Assembly: GCF_006345805.1 (NCBI RefSeq)
Contig: NC_042998.1
Coordinates: 868,001 to 932,000, forward strand
Direction of reading: 5' to 3'
DNA from: Octopus sinensis
Lineage: Eukaryota
Length of the DNA: 64,000 nt
The number at the start of each line of letters is the position of its first letter. Position 1 is the first letter of the stretch. The notes under the pieces are model-generated. The model saw only the letters and a list, made by a program, of their open reading frames with translations. It ran no database searches and was not told the origin of the DNA. Positions 62,966 to 64,000 of this stretch are shown one piece after another. The position numbers were made by a program, and so were the translations under genes.

Positions 62966-64000
62966 TCTATGTTTGACTTTTGCTTTATATTTGTACAAGT
63001 TGGCTCCAAGTCTCACCCAGAGACCTCAAGAGACAACAGGGTTGGAAGTTCATGTTGTTGTTATGCCTAGTGTGCCATATATTTGGGGGGTGGGGATGTT
63101 GTACTAATGAATGTCTAAGAAAAAAAAGTTTTTTTTTTCTTTTTTTTTTTTTTTTTTAAACCGAAAATTATGGTTGTTTGAAACCTTGAGGTTACATAGA
63201 GAGTATTTTGCGTAGGATATGAGCAGTTCCTATGAGCACTATCTTTTGAACTTCTGCCATATTTGGGTTTCCTGGTATCTGAGTTAGGTAGCTATCAGCC
63301 CCTTTTGCTATCATTCCCAGGGCACCTATGACAACAGGTATTGTTTTAGTCTTCAGCTTCCACATTTTGCTGATTTCTATTTCAAGATCTTTATATTTGC
63401 TCAGTTTTTGGTAGGTCCTGACAGATACGTTTATATCGATTGGGACAGTCATATCAATGAGGAGGCATGTTCTTTGTTTGAAGTCTTTCAATATGATGTC
63501 TGGCCTATTTGCATCTATCTTCCTGTCAGTTTGAATGGTGAAGTTCCAGAGGAGTGAGATGTGGTCATTTTCAAGCACTGGGGGTGGTTTGTGTTCCCAC
63601 CAGTTTTTTTCATGGGGCAAATCCAGGTTTTTACAGATTACCCAGTGAATATATTGTGCAGCTCTATCGTGCCTGTTGAGATACTCTGTAGGCGCTAGAA
63701 GACTGCACTTGGAGACCACGTGGTCAATGGTTTCATTTTGTTGCTTGCATACACGACACGTTGGACTGCTTCTGATCTTTAATATGTTGGCCTGGTAGTT
63801 TTTCTGTTGGTAGGCATTGATCATGAGCTGCTATGATAAACCCCTCTGTTTCAGATTTTAAGCCAGAGGCCATTAGCCATTGATGGGTCAGGGCTTTGTC
63901 GATATCTGCATTATTCGCTCTCTTTGTGTATTTGCCATAGAGAGGTTTTTCTTGCCATTTATTATTCAGAATATCTAAGGCCGCAGTTTTGGCACGGGTT
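62966..64000 (-). mobile_element. Second, divergent R4/Dong-clade LINE running off the window end
   Basis: WQEKPLYGKY, ETEGFIIAAHDQ, CRVCKQQNETIDHVVSKC, NRPDII..LIDMTVP, KLSKYKDL; 3' end abuts (TTA)n 62944-62966. Confidence 0.93.

Overview
This is AT-rich, microsatellite-dense animal genomic DNA whose SINE and transposon repertoire points to a coleoid cephalopod, most likely Octopus (recognised from memory, not from a search). No host protein-coding exon could be supported, so the window is probably intergenic or intronic. Most six-frame ORFs are translations of (TA)n/(CA)n/(GA)n tracts. Real coding remnants are all transposon-derived: an RTE LINE, a CR1-type 3' end, two R4/Dong LINEs in (TAA)n tracts, Penelope-like (PLE) fragments, and mariner/Tc1 transposases. 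Non-autonomous Helitrons and many tRNA-derived SINEs are also present. The most interesting signal is four copies of an L1/Tx1-ORF1-like zinc-knuckle element that never carries ORF2. One 2.4-kb copy is bounded by a perfect 15-bp target-site duplication (TSD). Two copies are joined to the same nucleotide position of a SINE tRNA head. Three copies have a candidate 5'-UTR intron, and their 3' tail is homologous to the tail of the youngest SINE family here. A second theme is a set of hammerhead ribozymes in PLE-related repeats with four different core variants. Boundaries of old, degraded repeats are approximate (about +/-20 nt).
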